A DNA stretch of 64,000 nt from NCBI GenBank assembly GCA_038260095.1, contig JBBSOC010000001.1, forward strand, positions 952 through 64,951, given 5' to 3'. Below are positions 16,109 through 25,080 of this stretch, in pieces; positions within the stretch are counted from its first letter, which is position 1; each line of letters opens with the position of its first letter. The position numbers and the translations under genes are program-made. A model generated the notes under the pieces. That model was not told the DNA's origin. It did no database searches and saw only the letters and a list, made by a program, of their open reading frames with translations. The stretch comes from Mycobacteriales bacterium. GTDB lineage: Bacteria > Actinomycetota > Actinomycetes > Mycobacteriales > QHCE01.

Positions 16109-17310
16109 CCTGGGCGGCTCGTCGGCCACGCATCGCCATCGTCGGTGCTGGATTAGCCGGCCTCCGTGCCGCTGAGCGCCTGCGCGAGCTGAACTTCGAC
16201 GGTGAGCTGTTGATCATCGGCGAGGAGCGACACCGGCCTTACCACCGGCCAGATCTGATTGACCAGCTGCTGACCGGAAAGCTCAACTCGCGTGACATGG
16301 CGCTTCGGACATACGTCGAATTGGGCGACTGCTGGCGAATCGGCACCCGAGTTTACCGACTCGACCCGGCGCAACATCTCCTTTATCTTCCCGGGGCAGA
16401 GAAACTACGGTACGACGGATTGATTATCGCTACAGGTCTACGGCCTCGCCTGCTGCCTGGCGCGCCGCTGCGAGACCCTCGCGTTCATTTGTTGCGCGCC
16501 CTCGATGACGCCACGGCCATCCGTTCAACCTTGGCCTCCAGTAAGGGTCGCGTGGTGGTCATAGGGACTGGTTTTACCGGCTGCGAAGTTGCCGCGAGCA
16601 TGCGTAGTTTGCAGCGCAAAGTCACCATCGTTGGGCGGTCGAAGACCCTACTGGGTAATGCACTGGGCGCCGAATTCGGAGCCCAAATAAACGGGCTCCA
16701 CCAGCGAAACGGTGCCGATCTAGCTCTAGGAACCAGACCTCGAGACTGGCACTGCACGCCCGACTACGTGGAGATCGAGCTCTCGGATGAACGAACCCTT
16801 CAAGCGTCCTGCGTCATCCTGGCGGTGGGAAGCGTGCTCGGTACTCAATGGTTGCGTGGTTCGGGGATCGACATCACTAACGGGGTACTGTGCGAACCCA
16901 CCTGCTTCGTCGCAGGCGTCGAAGACATTGTTGCCGCAGGTGACGTTGCCTGCTGGCCCAATCTGCGGTTCGATGTCGGACCTAAGCGGTATGAGCACTG
17001 GCTGAACGCAGCTGAAATGGGACAAGTGGCGGCAGAAAATCTGCTTGCCGGCCGCTCCCAAGCCCGCCCATACAGCCCGCTGCCTAGATTCTGGTCCGAA
17101 CAGTACGGAAAGCGTATCCAAGTAGCCGGCATGCCGGCCCTGGCAACCAAAACTCTGCCGCTAACCAAGTCATCAAGTGCTTCGTGGAAGCCGATCGTCG
17201 GCTATTTCAAAGATGGCCGACAGATCGGGGTGGTAGGAGTTGACCAACCTCGGGAAATGCTGCGCCTAATCCGCGATCTCTCTGCCGAATCGGCCTTACT
17301 GATGCCGTAG
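16105..17310 (+). CDS. FAD-dependent ferredoxin/NAD(P)H oxidoreductase
   Basis: IAIVGAGLAGLRAAERL and VVVIGTGFTGCEVA Rossmann motifs. ATG 16105 overlaps the upstream stop (ATGA). Confidence 0.75.
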   Translation: MTWAARRPRIAIVGAGLAGLRAAERLRELNFDGELLIIGEERHRPYHRPDLIDQLLTGKLNSRDMALRTYVELGDCWRIGTRVYRLDPAQHLLYLPGAEKLRYDGLIIATGLRPRLLPGAPLRDPRVHLLRALDDATAIRSTLASSKGRVVVIGTGFTGCEVAASMRSLQRKVTIVGRSKTLLGNALGAEFGAQINGLHQRNGADLALGTRPRDWHCTPDYVEIELSDERTLQASCVILAVGSVLGTQWLRGSGIDITNGVLCEPTCFVAGVEDIVAAGDVACWPNLRFDVGPKRYEHWLNAAEMGQVAAENLLAGRSQARPYSPLPRFWSEQYGKRIQVAGMPALATKTLPLTKSSSASWKPIVGYFKDGRQIGVVGVDQPREMLRLIRDLSAESALLMP

Positions 17311-17414
17311 GCAACGAGCCAAGCGCTCGTTGTTCTTCAAAAAGCGGCATCCGGGGGTCGGCCATAAATCCGCAAGCACATGAACAACAGAGGTATCCGG
17401 GTTAGGCTTAAGAG

Positions 17415-18887
17415 ATGACGGATATGCCAGACAGCACGGGGGGGACGCGCCAAAATCCGTTGCTGGGTGCGATTCTCGAAGATTTGGGTTGGTCACGTAC
17501 CCGGCTCGCTTGCGAGGTCAATGCATGCACGAAAAAGGACTACATTGGCCGTTCCACAGTATCTGAGTGGGTCAATAGGGGACGGGTGCCCCACGATCCA
17601 TTGCCTACCGTTGTAGCTCACGTACTCTCGGAGGCGACGGGGAGAAAGATCGCTGTTGCTGATCTGTGGCAGAGAACTGGTAAAGAGTCGGCGGCGTGGG
17701 TTCCGGCAGATCATCGTTACCCGATGTCGTGGAATTATCAGAGTGTGCTTCATGCCGCTGATGACTGGATCGCCAACATGGGGGAAACTTTGGATGTAGA
17801 CCGCCGCGTATTCCTTGCTATCTCTGGTGCGGCATTAACTAGTATTTCTTGTGGATACGTCGAGAACCCGACTCCTACAGGTTCATTCCTATTACAGAAG
17901 AATGTAAGCGTACCGGATGTAATAACGATCACTCCCGGCATAGTTAATGTTCTTGAAGTAACTATTGGAGAACTGCGAAATCTTGATGACCATGAAGGGG
18001 GAAATCGTAATAGTTTGCGAATGGCACACCGGCATTTCCGCACTCTGGCGGAGTATGTGAAGTCAGGTAAAGTCGTTGATGCACACACGCAGCAGCGCTT
18101 GTTGACATTGTGGGAAACCCTCTGCGAGATTGCCGGTTTGATGGCCTTCGATGCCCACCTCTATGGCTTGGCTCAACGATATTGGTTTACCGGACTGCAG
18201 ATAACCCACACCACGGGAAATTCAGAGTTGGGCGCCCATATTTTGGGTTACCTAAGTTTCCAAGCGGCACATAGAGGACAAGCAAACGACGCCGCTCAGC
18301 TGGGTCAAGCAGCTATGAGGACAGCAGCAAAAGGTACGAGCATGGCTGTCCAGGCATTAGTGACGTCACGGTATGCTCAGTCTCAAGCAGCGCTAGGTAA
18401 TAATTATACTTGTCGCGAAGCGATCGATAAAGCTAGTCAGTTACTCGCCGCTCCCGGAGCTTTGGCGAATAGGCCAGAGTACGTGTCGTGGTTTGATTCT
18501 AGAATGTTCGCATCACAAAGCGGCCAGAGTCTTCTGGCCTTAGCGCGGGTAAGTTCCGGAAAATCTAATCATCTTCTCGAGCAGGCTGATCGTCTTTTAA
18601 CACCACAGACGATGAGCGGTAGCGATTTTTCACGTGATTTTCCACGGGATGCTCTCTTTTGGGGCTCATGGCAGGCGCGCAGCTATGTCTGGCAAAACGA
18701 ACTAGAAAAAGCTGTAAAAACAGGTACGAATTTAATCAATCTTTGCCGATCTGTTCGCTCACAACGCTGTGTAGCGGCACTTCGTCAATTGAATAATGAA
18801 CTAGTGCAACGCCGTGGCGCCCTAAGCAACCCACATATCGCTGAATTCTCTCAAGAACTCAACGCCGCCATCACAGCACAGGCATAG
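17415..18887 (+). CDS. HTH (XRE-like) regulator with large helical/TPR-like C-terminal domain
   Basis: 490 aa. N-terminal ..LGWSRTRLACEVN..RSTVSEWVNRGRVP... Visibly lower GC than the neighbours. Confidence 0.5.
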   Translation: MTDMPDSTGGTRQNPLLGAILEDLGWSRTRLACEVNACTKKDYIGRSTVSEWVNRGRVPHDPLPTVVAHVLSEATGRKIAVADLWQRTGKESAAWVPADHRYPMSWNYQSVLHAADDWIANMGETLDVDRRVFLAISGAALTSISCGYVENPTPTGSFLLQKNVSVPDVITITPGIVNVLEVTIGELRNLDDHEGGNRNSLRMAHRHFRTLAEYVKSGKVVDAHTQQRLLTLWETLCEIAGLMAFDAHLYGLAQRYWFTGLQITHTTGNSELGAHILGYLSFQAAHRGQANDAAQLGQAAMRTAAKGTSMAVQALVTSRYAQSQAALGNNYTCREAIDKASQLLAAPGALANRPEYVSWFDSRMFASQSGQSLLALARVSSGKSNHLLEQADRLLTPQTMSGSDFSRDFPRDALFWGSWQARSYVWQNELEKAVKTGTNLINLCRSVRSQRCVAALRQLNNELVQRRGALSNPHIAEFSQELNAAITAQA

Positions 18888-18987
18888 TTCCTTAGGGGCA
18901 GCCGCTCGGCGTATTCGCTCTAGGAGCCCTCAGCCGTGAGCTTGACCCCGTTTACCTGCATGTCCTCTCCCATAGACGCTCATTCTG

Positions 18988-19010
18988 ATACCCATTGGGG
19001 GTATGGGTAT
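18988..19010. promoter_or_regulatory. CsoR-type operator (ATACCC-ATTGG-GGGTAT, followed by GGGTAT)
   Basis: GC-cored inverted repeat 18-40 nt upstream of csoR; resembles published CsoR boxes. Confidence 0.5.
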
Positions 19011-19027
19011 AGTGTAATCGGAGGTAG

Positions 19028-19312
19028 ATGATGAATGGCTACACCGACAGCAAAGAAGCACTACTGGCCCGGCTAGCCCGCATAGAGGGACAAGTCCGCG
19101 GCCTAGCAGGCATGATCGAGGACGACAAGTACTGCATCGACGTTCTTACTCAGGTCTCGGCGACCACGCGGGCACTGCAGGTCGTGGCCCTTAGGCTGCT
19201 AGACGACCACCTAGCCCACTGCGTGGCCGAGGCCGCGGGACAGGGTGGAGAGCTGGCGCAAGTGAAAGTCCGCGAGGCCAGCGCCGCAATCGCCCGGTTG
19301 GTCAAGTCATGA
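19028..19312 (+). CDS. csoR: CsoR/RcnR-family metal-sensing repressor
   Basis: 94 aa: ..LARIEGQVRGLAGMIEDDKYCIDVLTQVSA..LLDDHLAHCV (DUF156 C-H-C ligand pattern). Confidence 0.8.
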   Translation: MMNGYTDSKEALLARLARIEGQVRGLAGMIEDDKYCIDVLTQVSATTRALQVVALRLLDDHLAHCVAEAAGQGGELAQVKVREASAAIARLVKS

Positions 19313-19388
19313 GCCTCCGCAGTTGGGCAGCATCGACGCTACCGTCGGCCTGCAAAAGCAACCTGCAACACAACTTTAGGAGTACGGG

Positions 19389-20708
19389 ATGATGGGTGTG
19401 CTGACCGCTATCGGGGATAGCCTCTATGAGGCATTCTCGATGTTCTGGGAGACTTTGTGGGCCCTCGTGCTCGGGTTTGGACTCTCCGGGGCGGTGCAGG
19501 CTTTCGTTTCTCGCGGGCAAATGCAGCGCGTCTTAGGCAACCACCGCCCGGCCACAATAGGCAAGGCGGGGTTCCTGGGAATGGTGTCCTCGTCGTGCTC
19601 CTATGCCGCTGCTGCCCTAGCTAAATCGTTGTTCGCCCGCGGCGCGGACTTCACCTCAGCAATGGTATTCATGTTCGCCTCTACCAATTTAGTCGTAGAG
19701 CTGGGCATCGTATTGTGGCTGCTGCTCGGATGGCAGTTCGCACTCGCCGAGTTCATCGGCGGCGCGATTATGATCACGCTGCTCGCAGGCGTACTACCCC
19801 GGGTGATCCCCCGCCGGTGGATCGAGAACTCCCGTGCCCGACTCAACACCAGGCAGGGCGACGCGAACGAGCATTCCCACCACGGTGCGCCCCACGAGGA
19901 GAAGCAACGCCCGGTCCGAGAGCGTATCCGTAGTCGTGCTGGCTGGTCCGATGCGGCCGGTTACACCATCAGTGATTTGACCATGCTCCGCAAAGAACTG
20001 GTCATCGGTTTCTTGATCGCCGGGTTCGCCACCGCGCTAGTGCCGACCGAGGTATGGCAGGCACTGTTCCTCACCGGCCATGGCTTTTCCTCGAGCCTGG
20101 AGAATGTGTTGCTAGGCCCGCTGTTGGCGATCTTGGCGTTCGTGTGCTCGATCGGGAATGTTCCACTGGCCGCGGCGCTATGGATCGGTGGGATTAGCTT
20201 CGGCGGGGTCATCTCCTTCGTCTTCGCCGATCTGATCACGCTGCCGCTGCTGTTCATCTACCGCCGCTACTACGGCACCCGGCTCACCCTGCTCCTACTC
20301 GCGGTGTTCTGGGCGGTGATGAGCGTTGCCGGGTTGGCCACCGAGTACCTGTTTAACGCAGCCGGCTTAGTGCCCACATCCCGAAGGCAGCTGGTGGCGA
20401 TGGAAGGGGTGCAGTGGAACTACACCACCATCCTCAACATCATCGCTTTGGTCGCCTTCGCTGCCCTGTACTGGCTCTACCGCAACCGTGCCCGCTTTGG
20501 CGGCGGCGCGGGTTACGCCAAAGATCCTGTCTGCGGTATGCAGGTGGAAAAGGCCACCGCACCAGCCACCGCGCGTCGCGACGGGCAGACCTACTACTTT
20601 TGCTCCGACCACTGCCAACACCGCTTCACAGGGACCCGGCCCGCCATGGCTGGCGAACCTATGATCTCGATGGGTTGTCACCAACAAGTGGCTAGGCAGG
20701 CGCGGTAG
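19389..20708 (+). CDS. Multi-pass permease with C-terminal YHS/TRASH metal-binding domain (SO_0444-like Cu/Zn efflux candidate)
   Basis: 439 aa, many TM helices; tail ..KDPVCGMQVEKATA..DGQTYYFCSDHCQHRF. Immediately downstream of csoR. Confidence 0.65.
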   Translation: MMGVLTAIGDSLYEAFSMFWETLWALVLGFGLSGAVQAFVSRGQMQRVLGNHRPATIGKAGFLGMVSSSCSYAAAALAKSLFARGADFTSAMVFMFASTNLVVELGIVLWLLLGWQFALAEFIGGAIMITLLAGVLPRVIPRRWIENSRARLNTRQGDANEHSHHGAPHEEKQRPVRERIRSRAGWSDAAGYTISDLTMLRKELVIGFLIAGFATALVPTEVWQALFLTGHGFSSSLENVLLGPLLAILAFVCSIGNVPLAAALWIGGISFGGVISFVFADLITLPLLFIYRRYYGTRLTLLLLAVFWAVMSVAGLATEYLFNAAGLVPTSRRQLVAMEGVQWNYTTILNIIALVAFAALYWLYRNRARFGGGAGYAKDPVCGMQVEKATAPATARRDGQTYYFCSDHCQHRFTGTRPAMAGEPMISMGCHQQVARQAR

Positions 20709-21433
20709 TGAACGCCAAGAAACAGGCAGTCGATCCTGCCGCGGTTGGATATCCTGGATTTCAGGTGAGGTGCCCGCCCGATCTAAAACTCACGCCAGTG
20801 GCTCTCAAACGGATAGCGCTAGCCAAACTATCCGACGTCACCATGTTGAGCGCCTCCTTCGGCGAGGAGCGCTTCCTGTTCTTACCGTGGCTGACGATCT
20901 TGATCAATTGCGGCACCAGTATGCAGCTCATTGGGGCATATCGAACGGATGAATCTGAACCAGCTGAGAACTCGGCCGAATTCTTTCGAGTTCCTAGAGT
21001 CTGTCTGCGTAAGTCCGAATGGAACCTCAGCTTTGACCTTCAACAGGACCTCAACACAGAAAATCTAAGACAGTACTTGTCTTACGGTCCTCAGATTAAG
21101 CACACATGGGTTTTCGCTAATCGAGCAACACATCCCACTATTGACGATGTGATGAGCAGCGTTTTATCCGTTCTCACCCAGGGCATATCGGTGACACCCG
21201 TCGGTCCGAGAGACCCAGAATGGAAATATATCGAAGTTGACCTGGCCGACGACAAGCTCAACTGCAAAATTAACTATTCTCCGCTACTCGCGCAAAGTGA
21301 ATCAGTCGAAACCGCCCTTCCATCCTGGATGGACTCGATGAACGAGCTGCTCCAGAAAGAGGGGTTGCCGCCTGATGGCGAAATAGACATCAGCATTAAA
21401 AGGTCGGTCCCCGAAATGATCTCGACGATGTGA
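20708..21433 (+). CDS. Hypothetical protein (lower GC)
   Basis: 241-aa ORF. GTG shares one nt with the permease TAG (TAGTG). No family recognised. Confidence 0.4.
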   Translation: MNAKKQAVDPAAVGYPGFQVRCPPDLKLTPVALKRIALAKLSDVTMLSASFGEERFLFLPWLTILINCGTSMQLIGAYRTDESEPAENSAEFFRVPRVCLRKSEWNLSFDLQQDLNTENLRQYLSYGPQIKHTWVFANRATHPTIDDVMSSVLSVLTQGISVTPVGPRDPEWKYIEVDLADDKLNCKINYSPLLAQSESVETALPSWMDSMNELLQKEGLPPDGEIDISIKRSVPEMISTM

Positions 21434-21493
21434 CGCTCTGGTGCAGCCGAAGCACTGGTCTCGGTACGGCTGCGACACTGAATGGGCGTTGAG

Positions 21494-21982
21494 TTAGCGG
21501 CGGTAGCGAGCCTTAATAAACTGGTCCACCTGCGTTTGATCCTCGGCGGAGAAGGCAGCTCGCGGAATCACGATGAAGCGCCGAGTGCCGACGAGGCCCA
21601 AGGCCCATGCATGCGTGCGGGTACGCGCCTTGGATATACCATCCCAGCGCACAGTGACGGCGGTCTGCGAGGTGTGAATGCCGACCGAGGAATCGCTGAT
21701 CTCATAGCGCCATTGGTGTTCGGCTAGTTTGCGCATCCGCCACCAGCCAAGGGCTACGAGCATATCGTAAGCGACGAGAAAAAATAGGCCACAAAAGAGT
21801 ATTGTCAGGTCGGGATGGGTGAAGGATGCACCAGCGAACAATGGCATGAACGCCAAGAGAAAAAATAGCAAACCTAGAACACGGAAGAGCCACACCTTAC
21901 GGCCGAGTGGCGCAAGCGCCATCTGACGGTAGGTAGCGTAGTTGAGAACGAGTTCACCCACGAGCAGCATAGAGATCTCCAA
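21494..21982 (-). CDS. YcxB-like membrane protein
   Basis: Two central TM helices followed by ..WDGISKARTRTHAWALG..RFIVIPRAAFSAEDQTQVDQFI.. (YcxB-type tail). Confidence 0.45.
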   Translation of the reverse strand: MEISMLLVGELVLNYATYRQMALAPLGRKVWLFRVLGLLFFLLAFMPLFAGASFTHPDLTILFCGLFFLVAYDMLVALGWWRMRKLAEHQWRYEISDSSVGIHTSQTAVTVRWDGISKARTRTHAWALGLVGTRRFIVIPRAAFSAEDQTQVDQFIKARYRR

Positions 21983-22188
21983 ACACGAAAGGCACCATCA
22001 TGCCATGGGCTGCATAAGGCGCTCAATGCACGCTAGTCGAGGACGTTGACGACGAACCCAATCTTGTAGTCGGCGAGGTACTGGCGAGCGTGTTCGATCA
22101 GTCCAGCGGCCTCCACACTTGGCGGATATGGACAGTCAAGTGCGAATGCGCAGCGATTTTCCTGCCGCCTGTGGATAAGTTCAGATCG

Positions 22189-22965
22189 TTACTCAACTGA
22201 GCGCACCGACCAGAAGTCGCTGGCAAGTCCGCGGTTGATCAGGTAGGCGTAGGGCAACGTGAAATAGCCGGCTGCGCCCCATCCTTCACCCCAGGAGTTG
22301 CGCACCAGAAAACGCTGCGCGGCGTCGTCATAGCCCACGGCAAGCACAGCATGTCCACCTAGCGCCTGCTCGGTTGAAGCGGGCATTGGGGCTTCGCCCG
22401 TATGGGCAACTTCCTGGCTTTCAAAACTCTCATAAACCCGGAAACCAAAGACAAAGGGGAAGCCGGTTGCCAGACAGCCCTTCATCTGCTCTAGGGTACG
22501 AGGAATCCGCTGGTAGGCGAGTATCTGATGCAGTTTCGCATCGTCGTATGCCTGTTGCGAGGGCTTGTCGCGGAATTTGCCAATCTCATAGGGCCACGCG
22601 GTCTCTGGCGGCGCGCCATCCCGGTTCACACACTTGATGCCATCTCGGAGCATCGCGCCGCTATCGGAGTCGATCGTATTTTCGACCTCACGCTCGCAGT
22701 AGTAGATGAACAACCGCGACGGCACAAAATCTTGCTCACGCTGTTTACGTTGGTCGAACTGCAACGCCCCGCCGATAGCATTGGCGGTACACGATCCTAA
22801 AGCGCCTTGGTCATACACCGGCGGGCATTGCGCACGCAAGTCCATTTTGGGCGGCAGCGCGCCCAATACCTCCGGCGGAGCCGCATAGAGATAATCACGA
22901 TGATCGGGAAGATCGGGAATCCAGCCGTAACCAGCAATTGGGCGAGACATAGTAGACATAGGCAT
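22189..22965 (-). CDS. Papain-family (C1) cysteine peptidase, no obvious signal peptide
   Basis: Catalytic motifs QGALGSCTANA and GGHAVLAVGYDD..FLVRNSWGEGWG. Confidence 0.8.
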   Translation of the reverse strand: MPMSTMSRPIAGYGWIPDLPDHRDYLYAAPPEVLGALPPKMDLRAQCPPVYDQGALGSCTANAIGGALQFDQRKQREQDFVPSRLFIYYCEREVENTIDSDSGAMLRDGIKCVNRDGAPPETAWPYEIGKFRDKPSQQAYDDAKLHQILAYQRIPRTLEQMKGCLATGFPFVFGFRVYESFESQEVAHTGEAPMPASTEQALGGHAVLAVGYDDAAQRFLVRNSWGEGWGAAGYFTLPYAYLINRGLASDFWSVRSVE

Positions 22966-23086
22966 CCACTTCTCCTCGTTAATCCATCAAGTAATGCGAC
23001 ACAGTGGCATCCGGGGTGTTCTCCACTGACCTTGGAACGCAAACCTCCTTCGATTCTGCCCTAAACGAGCGCTACGAGACAACCGT

Positions 23087-23812
23087 TTGTTAGTCCATCA
23101 TGCCTGCCACGACTGCCTTGGTGGCTTTTACCCATATGGAAAACCTGCGTATTGCCCACCTAGGTGGGACTACAATCACCCGGTGAACAGTTCCCAAAAG
23201 CCGCCGCTCACGATGCGTGCCGTGCCACGTAGTCCAGTGTTGGTCCGTTGCCCATGGTGCGCCGCACGGGCAATGGTAATCGAGAACCGCTTCGTCTGCG
23301 TGCAGTGCGGTCACACCCACGTGGACCCTGATGCTCGGCCTGGCTACTGGTGCGGCTGTTGCGCGCGTTGGGAAGGTACTACTTCACAATGGTTTCATGG
23401 CGAAGTTTTAGCTCAAGCCGTTGGCCGGTGTGGCACCTGCGGCCAGCCCCTGGCTTGGTCGCAGCGATGCAATCGGCAATCGATTTCGGGCGCCACCCGC
23501 GATGTGGCATGCCCCGGATGCGGGGCGACCACCCAACTCAAGCTCGAATTCACTAATCAGCTCAAACCTCATGACCCCGTCGACCGAGTGTTCGGACTGC
23601 CGCTGTGGCTACAGGCACCGTGCGCTGGACACATACTGTGGGCAGCCAACTCCGAACATCTCGATTTTTTGGCGGCGTTCATCTCGGCGAAGAACCGCGA
23701 TGTGCCCCAGGCCACGCTCGGTGAGCGTCTGCCACAGTGGATGGTCACGGCGAAGAACCGTACTGCCGTACTCCGCGTAGTCACCAGACTTCGCGCCACC
23801 CTTGGAAGTTGA
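23087..23812 (+). CDS. Multi-CxxC zinc-ribbon hypothetical protein
   Basis: Four CxxC pairs (CPWC, CVQC, CGTC, CPGC) plus CGCC. The true start may be the internal MRAVPRS.. (~23213). Confidence 0.45.
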   Translation: MLVHHACHDCLGGFYPYGKPAYCPPRWDYNHPVNSSQKPPLTMRAVPRSPVLVRCPWCAARAMVIENRFVCVQCGHTHVDPDARPGYWCGCCARWEGTTSQWFHGEVLAQAVGRCGTCGQPLAWSQRCNRQSISGATRDVACPGCGATTQLKLEFTNQLKPHDPVDRVFGLPLWLQAPCAGHILWAANSEHLDFLAAFISAKNRDVPQATLGERLPQWMVTAKNRTAVLRVVTRLRATLGS

Positions 23813-24040
23813 GCGCACGCAACGTAGGCAGCGCCACGTGAACTTCACTGGAACCGGACTATTTGACGAAAATTCAATCAACCACCCAGTGCAATTCGAG
23901 CATAACTTCCCTACGCTGAACACGTACTCACAGCAAGCACGGTAGACCCGTTGCCCGAAACACCACAGTGCCTAAACATGTAGGCCTCGTTACGCGTTAC
24001 ACCATGTTCCTGTCTGTCGGAACAATCGAGGGGACGGCCC

Positions 24041-25080
24041 ATGGATTTTGTCGCCGTCCTGCTCACCGGGCTACTCGCCGGCGGAATTTCCTGCACCGCA
24101 GTACACGGAGGGCTGCTTGCTGGATTGCTCAGCCGCCAGAAGAGCGAAGCCGAGCAGCCCGATGCACCCAGCTCATACTTCCTGCGTCGGTCAGACCCGC
24201 TTCGCGCCGAGCTGGCGCCGGTAGGCGCGTTTCTTACCGCCAAACTTCTCTCCCATACGCTGCTAGGTGCGGCACTCGGCGCGTTGGGGAGCGCCGCGGA
24301 GGTGTCGATTCAGGCCCGCAGCTGGCTGCAACTTGCGGCTGGAACACTCGTGATCAGCTTTGGCTTAGCCCAGCTCAATGTCCCGGGTTTTCGCCGCATC
24401 GCGATCCGGCCGCCCACTAGCTGGGCTCAGGCTCTCGACAGCCAAACGTGGGCTCACACCACAGCACCAGCTCTGCTCGGCGCGGCAACAGTGCTGCTGC
24501 CCTGCGGTGTCACGGTGTCGGTTCAAGCGTTGGCGCTTGCCAGCGGATCGGCGCCGCGCGGGGCAGCGCTGATGGTGGTGTTTGTACTGGGTACAAGCCC
24601 AGTTTTGGCCTGTTCGGTTACGCCGCACAGCGGACAGCACACGCGTGGCGCGGCAGGTTCGGCGTCATCGTCGGACTCGCGGTGCTCATCGCGGGTCTCT
24701 ACACTCTCAACGGCGGTTTGGAGCTTCTAGGCTCTCCACTCGCGGCAACTAACCTCACGCAGCGATTCTCCGAGAGGGACGAGAGCACCAGCAGTGCCGT
24801 TTCCACTGCCCATGGGGCTCAAGAAGCCAACGTCACAGTGAGCAGCCATGGGTACAGTCCGCGTAGCATTCGCCTACGCTCCGGTATTCCCACCGCTCTA
24901 ACACTGCGCGCAGTACAGGCGCGCGGATGTGTGCGGTCCTTCACCATACCGTCCCGCAACCAGGAGCGGAGCCTGCCTGAAAACGGCACTACTCGTATTA
25001 CCCTCGGCGTGCTGTCACCAGGAATTTTGCGCTACTCATGCAGCATGGGCATGTATACGGGCAGGCTTATTATCAGTTAA
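24041..25080 (+). pseudogene. Membrane (DsbD_2/TauE-like) plus C-terminal cupredoxin-like domain protein, frameshifted
   Basis: Two overlapping ORFs (24041-24730 and 24448-25080) join if one nt is added or removed near the T-run at 24604-24607. Tail ..YSPRSIRLRSGIPTALTL..LRYSCSMGMYTGRLI. Confidence 0.55.
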
